DNA of 64,000 bases from Balanoglossus misakiensis (taxonomy: Eukaryota > Animalia > Hemichordata). The notes beneath the pieces are model-generated. The model made no database searches. It was given only the letters and a program-made list of their open reading frames with translations, and had not been told where the DNA came from. The DNA lies in NCBI GenBank assembly GCA_040954595.2, contig CM082583.2:5764849-5828848 (forward strand). The letters are read 5' to 3'. Made by a program: the position numbers and the translations under genes. Shown here one piece after another: positions 1 through 11,285 of the stretch; the first letter of the stretch is position 1; each line of letters opens with the position of its first letter.

Positions 1-3000
1 AACTAAGACAGTTCTATTTAGTCCTACCCAACACCTTGGGGGTATTTGGGCCTGCTTCGTGATCACCTGGCTTTGAGTGTTTGCACACTAATCCCGTCGG
101 TTTGTAAAGCAGCGCAAACTCTCCGAGGAGGATTCAGGGAGAGCGTGCGTAAACGCGGGGAGGCCGCGAAACAGTCATTCCGGCAGGATTTGAAACTACT
201 CCCGTAAATTCCGCCCCAAACAAAGGCGATAGGAATTACTCATTGCCGGGTAAGCATTAAATCTGCGCTCGGCGGTGCGTGTATGGTTTTGCGATGTGCA
301 GTCATCCCACCAAACAAAAACCGGCAAACTGACTCAGTCAACACAAATTGGTTCTTTTATCCGATCAGCGTGGGCTAAGAGTAGACAACCCTCTTCAGTC
401 GCGAAATTAAAGCTTCCTCATAACGCAGGTTGTCTTTGAAGCAAATCCCACCTGACAACACATTTGCACGAGTTTCCTTGTTGGGGGATGGGGGTGCGTT
501 TCGCAAACAGGACATCAGTAATCGCGCCGTCGTAAAGTCCGCCGTCGTTTTTACGGCACTGGGCATTACGACGTTATAATCACGGCCATTGTAAATGGCA
601 ATGTTAATGACAGGGGCGTCCTCTTCAAAAGATATATGAAAACGAACCGTTTATTAGCAACGACATGTCAAGTCACCGAATATCTCGTTATTGGCCGAGA
701 CGTTAATGGTTCCAACTGTTCCAATTATATAGAAATTACTGCGGCGGTAGGAGCTAATTTAGATCCTGTAACACGATAGAAACGGACAGGTTCGTGCCGG
801 TCCTTAGTGTATATGTATGTCGATATATTACTCGTACTCATTTGCAAGAATTTAGTCAGTGCACAGTTTTTCAAGGATCGTCTCAGGCAGAAGAATTGTC
901 GACAAGCGGGTCAAAGTGTTGCTTGTTGTAACGCACTAACTTTAATTCTCCACAAAAATTCCGGATAACTGGAAAATTACAAGTTGTGTTGTACTTGTAG
1001 TTGTGTTTCACAGTACTGTTCCAATCTACAGCTATTCGAACATCCCCTTGGGCATTTTATCAAAAGCGGGTTGATAGCCCGCATTTGGTTTCGCGACTGG
1101 TATTTTCAGTATGTTCCCGACCATCGCAATGGCTTCCGAAAGCACCAACCCGCTTATTTTTTTTTGACCCTGGAATACGTGATGAACTTGCAGCTCCCTT
1201 GTATAATAATGGCAGTTTGCCAAGGAGCGGTCAATTATAGCTGAATCAGACCTATCTTTATACAGCTATGTGACAACTGTCACCTAGCATACAGTCTGAA
1301 GGTTAAGGCTCCAGCATGTCTGCAGTCTGTCACAGATCCTTCGTTGAAAGGTACGCATTAAAGGTAACGAGAGAAGGTCACTATTTCCCAGTTTCTGATT
1401 GATAGTTGCTCAATCGTTGCCCCGACTAGAGGACTTCTTTCACTTTGCATGTAAAATAACATTAATTTTTGACTAATATAAAAAGATTACATGCTGAATA
1501 GATGCACTTGCGACCGTCGTTCTTAAAGATACTGTAGGATAATCAACGCAAATAGACATTTCACTACTATTAAAATATAATCATTGTATTGTGGAATTAT
1601 TTTGAGAAGATGCATATTGTTATCAGCTATCAGGGATCTATTTTCAAACGTTTGTATTACCGTTTGCAAAAGTTCCATAGCAGTATCAGTCTTGTTGCAC
1701 CGGCTTACTGTATATACGTAATAAGATAATGCAAAGCAGAATTAAACAAAATAAGTAAATCATGCATTCCGTCGAATGACACAGCTTCGTATGCAATCTA
1801 TAGAATTGCGGACACCCGCTGGTTTGTTGTATTCGGACTCATCTCTCCAAATAATGACAGACGCGACAGGAAACTGAATCCCAAACATTCAGGTAACATC
1901 AAAGTATACACGTATATAACACAGACGACCTCAGTCCATTAATCTAAGGTCCTATGAACATTCGAGCTGATAAAATCGTAACCTGTCCATAAACCAACTG
2001 ATCCCACGTTATGTACATGTCTGTTTGCTATTGTTCTACACAGGCAATCTACGAACTTGCTCAACTTTTATTGTTACTGCAGAAAGCCTTTCATCATTTC
2101 TCTCCTTTTATGAGCCGTACTAAATGCCCCATCTTCCAAAAAAGATTGCGATGCGAAACGATAACTACGTGCCGCACCTACGCAAAACACACCACTTATT
2201 TCTTAAAGTCACTTGAGGGAGAAAACAAACTCGGCGCAACCATAAACTGGAGTGGGACTGGTACTATATCAGTTTACCCAGAATGCACCATTGCAAATGG
2301 CTTCGTTCCACAGACCCGCGCTACTTTAATCAGAGGCCTGGGAGCAGACTCGTGTGACGTGAACCAACAAGGCGATTATACAAGAAAACATGGGATCCCG
2401 TTGCCCATTTATCAATTAACCTCTTTAATTACCGTGCGTCATGTGGACGGCTAGTCATTTAAATGTTCGGCCTCACAACAAATCACCTAGAAAAACGAGG
2501 TTCAGGACAAATCAATTTATCCGCCACAATTCGATGATTTACCGCTGCAGTTCAAGCAAGCGCCATCAATTTTGCCAAACAAAGCGCCTGAAAGATACTT
2601 TTTAAAATTGTTTCGCTGCAGAGTGCTGTCATGTGTCTTTCGAATAAAAAAAATTATTAATGGTCTGTTTTCGATAGAAGTAGGGATGCAAATCGGAGCA
2701 TAACATCGTATGTTAAAATGATACATCGGTCCAGTATGTAAACCGTATATACATGGTATGCGGAATATGTTCAATTGAGCACATTTATATCAGTCCGCAC
2801 TTCCCTTGAAGGTGACAAGACAAAGGGACGGTTAGGATAGATTTTTCCGTTTTACATTTTATTTGGCGGGAAGGAAAAATCAATAGTAAACAAAGGAGCA
2901 GTGCGTCAGGATTTGTAACGTGTTATTCAAATATTTTCGGCATGTGAGAAAGTGTATTCTTGGATCAATAATAGTACACTGCGTAACGGCGGTGGCAAAT

Positions 3001-3683
3001 CCATTCATGTTTTGTTGATAAAATCGAATGCAAGTTCATCATAAGAGAATTTCTTTCTTTCGACGTCACTTAAAAGATTTTGGGCAAGTGAATGGTTGAA
3101 TATTTATCTAGTCAAATATGTTGAGATGGCCTTAAATTGACGTTTTAAAAAAGGGTGACATTGCTTTTAATTCCTCGTATAACCTTACAACCCATTGTAA
3201 ACACAACATTAGACGGCGTTCTAATAGACTCATTTTCTGTGATTTAAAATATTGACTTTATCCAATTGCTGTGTACGATAGAATAGAAATTACAATTTCT
3301 TTTCCGATCGATAACATCAAAGCAGACATATCTCAAGAAGCCTTTTGCGCGAATTAAACTAACTTCCTTTGGCTACAAGGACCACACTCCAAGTTTTGTG
3401 CCCGTAGACAAACAGTGCAGTCGGTAAACACTGTGGTAACGGGATCAGTGTGCCATATTGACGGGATTAGCAATGCTTAAGGGTAGAGCGTTTTGCTGTA
3501 AATAATTTACACTTTCAGGTCGATTCACCCGACTCATTAGGTTTCTCTACTAGCTGTCAGTGAATCGCCATAAAATTTGCCATCGCTGTCGCCTAAGCGC
3601 CGGGACATTAATCGTTAAACACATCGATAAATATGGTAATTCTTCACAGGAGGACAGTCATGATGCAGGGGAAACAGCAATTG

Positions 3684-3824
3684 GTCTGTTTGTCCGTCCG
3701 TCTGTCCTTCTGTCTGTCCTTCCGCCTATCTGTCTGTACAGTAAGTCTCATTGCCTTTTTGTAAGTCAGTCAGTCAGTCCGTCCGTCCGTCAGTTAGTCA
3801 GTCAGTCTGTCCGTCTGTCTGTCC

Positions 3825-3856
<32 letters not shown>

Positions 3857-3872
3857 GCCTCTCTCTCTGTCC
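3684..3872. repeat. Compound (GTCT/GTCC/GTCA)n microsatellite
   Basis: Imperfect tetranucleotide repeats, purest at ~3810-3857. Confidence 0.9.
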
Positions 3873-5765
3873 ACCTGCCTTGTTTTATGCTTAAGGTCAT
3901 TTTACATGGCTTAGTTACAGTATAAGGAAAAAAGTAATAAGGAAAGACTCGGCAATGATACATAGTTGCGTTGAACATTTTTGATACGTCAATCAGTAAC
4001 AGTCACTCAAGGAGACTCCCTGCCTTGATCAATTCCTGGCATTTTATTGTTGCCCTAATAGAGCTCATTTCGCCCAGGCATATAAGTAGTTTGTTCTTGT
4101 TATACTCATTTCCCAAATCTCATTTCACTAATTATATCAGGTATATAGATTGATTATACAAATAGTTATGTCATTTAGTCTATTCCTGTTCGATAAATTG
4201 GACCAAGATGGCTCACGGCTTAATGTTCTCTTCAAGCCACGGCAGTAATGGTATACTCCATCAATTTTTTTTACTGTCGGAAAGTCCAAACGGTCGCGCC
4301 CTTCCAGCCATTTAGCGTAACTGATCTAATACTTCCAAATCTCACGACTCTTGCAGCTTTTCAAGCTAGGCTGAGAAACTCTGAACGCCGGCCAGACAAT
4401 GCGAGCGGATAAATATGAAAGGTCAAAAAGGGAAGCGATGTGCAAGTACTCTCAATAAAATGCCTCATTGATGGCGACTACCCGCGGATATTTCGCCGTA
4501 ATTCGTTTATACAGGCGTTTCCCAATAAGTCAGCTCGCGTCGAGTTTATTGGAAACCCATTCAGTGTAAAACACTCGTCTAGAAATTCACAATTAACATT
4601 CCATGTAACTGATTTTCATGCAAGAGACCCGGGCGCAAACCTGGCGGCGGTGATTTACGACACGGACGACTGGCTTGGACGTTGCCAGATTTTACTGATA
4701 CATAAAACCGATCGCGAAATTCTAATGTCACCCCATTATATGGTCAAATGACCGTGCAGATTGTTATCCCTGCCATCCCCGAACGCTGTAACTCCTCTGA
4801 ACCTCAACAGTGCAATCCCAATAAGGGTGAGTTCGCTTGGAAACGTCGTCTTCTCCGAGATAACTTCGACTCGTAACGACCGTATACATGTACGTGATGC
4901 TTTGTATTATACCTGGTGCTTACAGGATCCACGTCTGCTGCTCCCTTTGCTGATGATAAAAATAGAATTCCCCCAGGCTGTAAATTACGTTTCAGTTATA
5001 CATTTTCCTAGACTGATTGTAAGTTTCAAATTACCCCTTTTAGAAAACATTGTATACTAAAAAATAAAGCAAAGCGTTGCTATTTACAGCGCAGAATAAA
5101 TATAATAGAACCCGCAAAAATAAGACATGTCAATTTGATAAGCATAGCCGCAACATTCTTTGGAAAGGAAAACGTTTAGTTTGAAACGGTTCATTTTGCA
5201 CTCACAGTGACGTAAATGCTTAATGTTTTAATGAATAGCATTACAACTATCCCACTTTAAAGTTTCTTCTCGTAGCAAAGGCGACAAAAAACCGACCCAC
5301 TGTGTATTTCTGTATCCATAAAATCCGTCATTTAGTTACGGCTGTGTTTCCCCATCCCCGCCGTACTTCTTGACTTATCAGCGCATCTTCGACAACCATG
5401 CAGTGATTGGACCATTCACGAAGCTCTACATGTACATTATTTTCAAAGGCTTCGATGGTAAAGTTGTCACTTCCACGCTGAGCGTTTATAAATCATCTCC
5501 CTTACACCGATGACTTGGAAACGCAGATGGTGCACGTGGTACATGACTCAGTCATGTGGGCAGGATATCGTGTGGCAAGTCTGTGGCGCTCATCGTACTC
5601 TTTTACGGCTTCAGCGTCGTTGAAGCATGAGTGTAATTTATTTGATGAAGCATTTAAAATGTTACTATTAACTTTTTATGTGTACTCCTGTATGTTCACC
5701 TGTCAGCTAATATCTTACCCCAATAGTTTTATGCTAATGGTATTGATGGTCGTGAGAACAACAAA

Positions 5766-5826
5766 GACGCTGACGATGACGACGATGATGTCGCTGACGA
5801 CGACGACGACGACGACGATGATGATA

Positions 5827-5903
<77 letters not shown>
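5766..5903. repeat. (GAC)n/(GAT)n trinucleotide microsatellite
   Basis: GAC/GAT mixed repeats grade into a long pure (GAT)n run. This explains the poly-M and poly-S ORFs. Confidence 0.97.
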
Positions 5904-8900
5904 ATTACTTTAGGTGTTGCAGGTGTTCTTTTCATGTTCATTATGGGTCTACTTTAAACATCCAGACTTCAGCATTCCTAGCTTAACTTGGCTTTCTTAA
6001 ATAATTACACTACACACTCTGTCCCAGCACAGCCACTCATACCTTTATGTAGCACAATGACACGTCGGCCAAACGTAGACGACGTCATGTTCAAGGTCAG
6101 CATGAACGTCAACTCGCAGTTAGTCTAATCGCACCACACTCGGCCTTGTGTAAATGTTCGGTATCCCGAGAAACCTCATTTGGCTTGTTGCTTTGGAGGT
6201 TTGGGGTGAACGATGCGTGTCTAGTCAGTGATCAGATCAACTTGTGGAATAAATGTGAGATTTACTATAAACCATAATTAAGGTACCCAGTGCCATACAG
6301 CCGTAACTTGTAAGGACCTATTCAGAGGGCCCTGCGTGTTTGGAGGTCGTGTGATTTCATTACGTGCTGCAGTAAGGGAGACACTCGAATGAAACTCTCT
6401 CGCTGAAAAGACAACAATGACGGGCAAAGAAAGACACGGCAGCTGGACCTATACAACATCGTCAGCGCAGTGCAAACCGTCGGTAGTGCGGCTGAATTTC
6501 AATCAAAAACATTAAAAGATGCCCAAGTGAAATACATTCCGGTCCACGGTCGCCATTTGATTGCATACCCCGCACTCAAAACGAAAAGCAACACATTAAA
6601 AAGGGACATTGATGATTTGAGGGCTGTCATTATGAGAAAGTCGACACCATGGCCACGTCCTTAAGAGACAGTCTGGTTAGGAACAGAACGATGTGCATTT
6701 CCAAGTTGGAAATAATGCTTGGCGGCGCGTACTATCTCTGCGAGTCGTGTGTAAGCAATACCATTACAAACCGTCACTCTGATAGTACCACTGGAAAGGA
6801 CAAGATGAATTCAGGTGGAAGCCGAATTTCATTTACGTTGCTGAAACCACACTGCTTCATTTCATTTAATGTCTACGTAGATCACTAACTCGGGCGTTTC
6901 AGACAACCGAAGATGTCAGCAAATTAGACGAAACTCGTATGATTTTCCTTTCGATCGGGAGAGTTGACATACCTGTGAGAATTCTCTTATACATGGGCGT
7001 ATTTATCAAGTTGAACGTTCAATACACGAACGCAGATATTGATTCCCGACCTAAAATATCGTGTTAACCATGAGACAAATGAACTTAGTCTTTGTTAAAT
7101 CGTTAATTATTTCCATTAATCGCTAGAACATGTTCAGAACATGTAGTGGATGTCCCATAATTTCACAACCCGATGTCGACTACGTCCAATGTATGGACTG
7201 CGACGACTGACGCAATTGACCCGCTTACATTTCTCTTGTGGCTTATTAATGAACAGAATGGTTTATTACCCCGGAGTTACGTTCTCCCCGACATCGTGTT
7301 ATTTCAACGTACAAATAAGCTCGTGGCAACCCTGAGCGCACAATTTCTTTTCCTAATTCCGTCGCCTCCAGATTATCGAACTCCAAAATAAGCAAAAAAG
7401 AGAGAGTTATTTGTTTTAGTGGAATCACGTATTTGTTTTCCGGGAGAATGCCATTCAAAAATAGTCAATTGGCTCGACGTAATTTTTTTTGAAAAAAAAA
7501 TATCATGTATGTGAAAAGTCAACTCGAAACCAATCAATATGTAAATAACTTGAATACTAGTCCATTTACCCTACAGCATTCATCAAAATACACCGTTAAA
7601 TTATGTTTGCTGACGATATTCTTGTTATGTCGTATTATATTAAATAATTGCTTGGAGGTAGGAGAAGAGGAATAAATTTACTGTGCTCATATTTAGCTAA
7701 GGGCTGCCGTTTATTCATCAAGCGTATGCTGAACATTTACGGGTTTTATCACTTGGACCGATACATCATATTCAATGCAGCTGACGTTGCCAAAGTGATC
7801 GTGAAATCGGTTGGGGAAGAAAACTTTAACGATATCTGTAAATCGACTTGCCCAGCTGCGTGTGCAAAGTCTTTCCGCGGTAAGAGCGCATCGCAACCGC
7901 GTGCCTCTTGTATAAGACGAGCATCTTTCTTGACAACTGCTTTATCGCACCTTTTTTTGCCATATCGCGCCAGTCGTTCAATATGTCTCGCCTCGTCCCG
8001 GGGGAACTCTAAAAACTGATTGGCGAACCAGATAGCACGCGATCAAGGTTTATCCGAGAGAAAAGCGATTCGTAGATAGGGCTGAATGGGATCTTAAATG
8101 CTTGTTTTGCAAGTAACACTAATGATTCGAACGACACCTGTGGAAAGCTAAATTGACCGCAGCCCCGTCGTTTGCCACATGGATTCCCTGATGTGCGATG
8201 AGCATGCTCGCATGAGAGAGTTTTGCATCATGGCTTGTTTTGGGCGACTCCCACATTTGTAACTTAATATTCAATAAACGATGTCAACGCTTGCCTCGAA
8301 TAAAGGTCTGCTCTGGAGAAGGCAAACTGTTAACGAATATGACACCATCATTTAGGATGTTTAACTCGAGTGTTTTCATTTCCGTTGATGGGGCCCGAAT
8401 TCACCGCGCGCAGTTACGTCTCTCGAATTGTCCAATATATCATTATTTTCTCATAATTAGTTTAAAAGCCTCCGCGTACCACTCATTTCGATGTCAAATA
8501 AATCCAATTAAGTCAACAGTCGGTTCACAGTGGTAAACAGAAATAACTTGATTATTGCGCGGAAGAGTAATGTTATTGTAGTCGCACTATAAGCGGAAAT
8601 TTTCACAGCGCTAGAAACTGAGTGGCGGGCTAATTCAGTAGCTGACTCGAGGTAGCGCAACAATCGTTATTATAATTCACACTAAGTAAGACTGAAGGAG
8701 TTGCTGTACAAGCTGATTGTTTCGACGATGAGTTATTGTGCAGTCAAAAGGCGGGCAGTTTTCCTCGTGACAGACGTGTTTGTCCAATTTATCGTGATTC
8801 ATGTCCACGGCGGTCGACAGGAAGTTTTCGGAGATTGGCTCGCCGGTAAATAACCACGGTTCTATCGTGGACACGCCGTGCCTCCGCATTTTTTCACGCC

Positions 8901-9804
8901 TTCTTGTTGGGCATTATGGCTGGACTGCACACCGTATGCATTTTTCGTCGGATACGCAATTAACAACGCTTAATTTCAACCTTTTGACAATAAAAATGTC
9001 AATTGATAATTAGGCCTATGATACTAGTTGCCGCGCCGCGAACTAGGTACTGGTACCCTTCTTGTTGTGACCGTTGTCCACGGAATGACTACTCCTTTAG
9101 AAGCATTACTAGCCTAGCCTGTTCAACGCTCTTTCTTTCTTTTCATCTTTTATTTTAGAAAAAAAGGCCTGATCGGTTGCAAGAGTTCCAAGGAAGCCAG
9201 CCAAGCAGTCGAAGCCGCAACTTCTTCATTACCCGGCGCAGGTGGTACGGCGACCCCTTTCAGTTCTTTAAATAGAGACGCTACAGGCAGCATTTCACAA
9301 GATTTCGGGCAAATAACCAATTGTACACAGTACCGATTCTGTTGAAAGAACGACGCACACACCGAACACCCGAAGAAAACGGAAAGGTTTGATTGATAAT
9401 ACATTTTTTGCTCATTACACGTTAACTATACATCGCTGTGTGCCAATCACAAGAAAATCGAAGTGAGCGATTGCTACTATCATATATTTTTATTTGAATG
9501 CGAGCTTGTAGACTATATATTATTTTCTTACGAAATTGCGATAGTCGTCATTATGACACGACATACTACAGCATTTGCCTCGCGCAAATGAATAGATAAA
9601 AGTAATAATGTAACCCTCACCCTTAAAATATCTATCAGAACAGGCATTGCATTTTGAGCGTTATGACCGTCCTTTGAGTATCCCCATGGATCAGTCACCC
9701 ACGCGGAGACAGTATCTCAGATACTGAGCCAGCGCGCGAGTTAACGCTGCGGCGTATTTCTTTCTCCCATGCAGGAAAAAAAAAATAGTTCCTCCGCTAT
9801 CGAC

Positions 9805-9816
9805 TGCGCAGGCGCG
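9805..9816. promoter_or_regulatory. NRF1-like site in the proximal promoter
   Basis: TGCGCAGGCGCG is a near match to YGCGCAYGCGCR, about 140 nt upstream of the TATA box in a CpG-rich stretch. Motif match only. Confidence 0.35.
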
Positions 9817-9945
9817 AAGTATAATTGCCAACGAAACGTGTTACGTGTCCCCAGGTGTATTAACGACTGAAGCTGTGCTATCGATATATCCACACGGCCC
9901 CAACATTATTATGCAAAGTTGGACGAATCGACTGAATGTGCTCGG

Positions 9946-9982
9946 TATAAAAGGCCTGCTATTCATATATGCTCACTAGTTT
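9946..9982 (+). promoter_or_regulatory. Core promoter of the GPCR: TATA box plus initiator
   Basis: TATAAAAG at 9946-9953 is followed by CTAGTTT at 9976-9982, which matches Inr YYANWYY with A+1 at 9978, 32 nt from the first T of the TATA box. This is about 340 nt upstream of the ATG. Confidence 0.6.
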
Positions 9983-10093
9983 CGCTCTAGCCAGCATCGC
10001 TGGATGTGCCGTTGACTGACGCACACGTGCATACCTACATACCCCTTCGCTTAATTTTTTCACCGGTGAAAGCCGGTACAGTCGGCAGAGACC

Positions 10094-10150
10094 ATGGCTG
10101 GATCGCAGACGCTGAGACCGATCGCTGGACCACAGCCGGTCGGGATTTGA
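10094..10150 (+). other. Upstream ORF (18 aa, MAGSQTLRPIAGPQPVGI*) in the predicted 5' leader
   Basis: The ATG at 10094 is in strong context ACCATGG and the TGA ends at 10150. It lies between the predicted TSS (~9978) and the main ATG (10320). Confidence 0.5.
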
Positions 10151-10319
10151 TCTTCCAAGGGACAGCTCCGCGGCAGCGGCGGCGCCTACAGTAAGCGAGT
10201 CGTGTCAGACTTTGTTCGCTGATTGTAAATACCACGACCCATCGGCACGAAGTGGAGGCCAGACATTTACACACGGACAAGGTTTTTTTCTTTCAAAAGC
10301 GTCGATACAGTCGAACACC

Positions 10320-11285
10320 ATGGTCACCACCATGGGCAATGAGACCAATATGAGTTGCAACATGAGTTGTCCGGATGTACACCACGGCACCAACTACAAC
10401 CGTCAGTTTCGACTCGGGAGTCTAGCGTTTCTGTTCGTCTTCTCGCTAATAGGCAACGTTGCCGTCTTCGTGTGGATGTGGTTCAACCGCCGCGCCAAGG
10501 CTAGAATACACACGTTCATGGTGCACTTGTGCACGGCCGACCTGCTGGTGGCTTTCCTCGCTCTCTTCTCGCAGTTTGTCGTCGAGCTGGTCGACGAGTG
10601 GCTCATAGGCGAGGTCGGCTGCCGGCTCTTCAAAACAGTGCAGAGTGCCACCCTGTTCGCGTCGTCGAACATGGTCGTCGCCATAGCGATCGACCGCTTC
10701 CATTCGGTGATCTACCCGTTCAGGCAGCGGAAGAACGTCTACACCATCCTTGTGCCGTTGTGGGTCATCGCTGGAGTGCTTTCGCTGCCGCAGGTATTTG
10801 TGTGGGAGACTCGAATCAACTCGAGGGGCCACCTCGGCTGCCATACCTCTTTGAAGAAGAACTGGCAGAAACAGGCCTACCTGACCTGGGTTAGCCTGGT
10901 GGTGTTTTTCATTCCGTTCATCGTGATCACGATCTGTTACCTCAAAATCATTATTCGCTTGTGGGAGAAAAGGAACACTGTGCTACCAGGTAAGAGCGAG
11001 AGGCGTCGCAAAGCCAAGATGAAAACCCTCCGTATGACCTTTGTCATTATTTCATTTTTCGTCCTGTGTGGGCTTCCCTATTTCGCTCTTGATATGTATC
11101 ATTTTTACGGCAAGGGGCGAAGCGTTAACCCCTATGCTTACGCCGTGCTGGCCGTGTTCTCCGTGTCCCCCTGCGCCGTCAACCCGTTCATATTCCTCGC
11201 CTTCAACGCTAGGACGCCGGCCTCGTCGAACAAATACCAAGAAAATTCCACCGTCACCACGACGCCGACCCGGACATCGCTGTAA
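10320..11285 (+). CDS. Single-exon rhodopsin-like (class A) neuropeptide GPCR, vasopressin/oxytocin-NPS/CCAP-GnRH receptor superfamily, GPR150-like; 321 aa
   Basis: The uninterrupted ORF has seven hydrophobic segments with class A landmarks: TM1 GN, TM2 HLCTADLLVAF, WxxGxxGC into TM3, FASSNMVVAIAIDRF, TM4 W..SLPQ, ECL2 Cys, TM5 AYLTW..FFIP..CY, KAKMKTLRMTFVII..CGLPYF and TM7 NPFIF. The ORF track starts at a TTG (10212); the first ATG is at 10320 in Kozak context ACACCATGG, with a second at 10332. N-terminal sequons are NET, NMS and NMS. The GPCR call is firm, the subfamily call is less so. Confidence 0.95.
   Translation: MVTTMGNETNMSCNMSCPDVHHGTNYNRQFRLGSLAFLFVFSLIGNVAVFVWMWFNRRAKARIHTFMVHLCTADLLVAFLALFSQFVVELVDEWLIGEVGCRLFKTVQSATLFASSNMVVAIAIDRFHSVIYPFRQRKNVYTILVPLWVIAGVLSLPQVFVWETRINSRGHLGCHTSLKKNWQKQAYLTWVSLVVFFIPFIVITICYLKIIIRLWEKRNTVLPGKSERRRKAKMKTLRMTFVIISFFVLCGLPYFALDMYHFYGKGRSVNPYAYAVLAVFSVSPCAVNPFIFLAFNARTPASSNKYQENSTVTTTPTRTSL

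Noticed and set aside
5515-5941. Poly-Met and poly-Ser ORFs (likewise 28662-28901 and the poly-His ORF at 61846-62100)
   Set aside because: They are translations of (GAT)n/(CAT)n microsatellites.
10212-10319. 36-aa N-terminal extension of the GPCR from the ORF track
   Set aside because: It starts at TTG. The first ATG, at 10320, has an optimal Kozak context and gives a normal glycosylated N-terminus.
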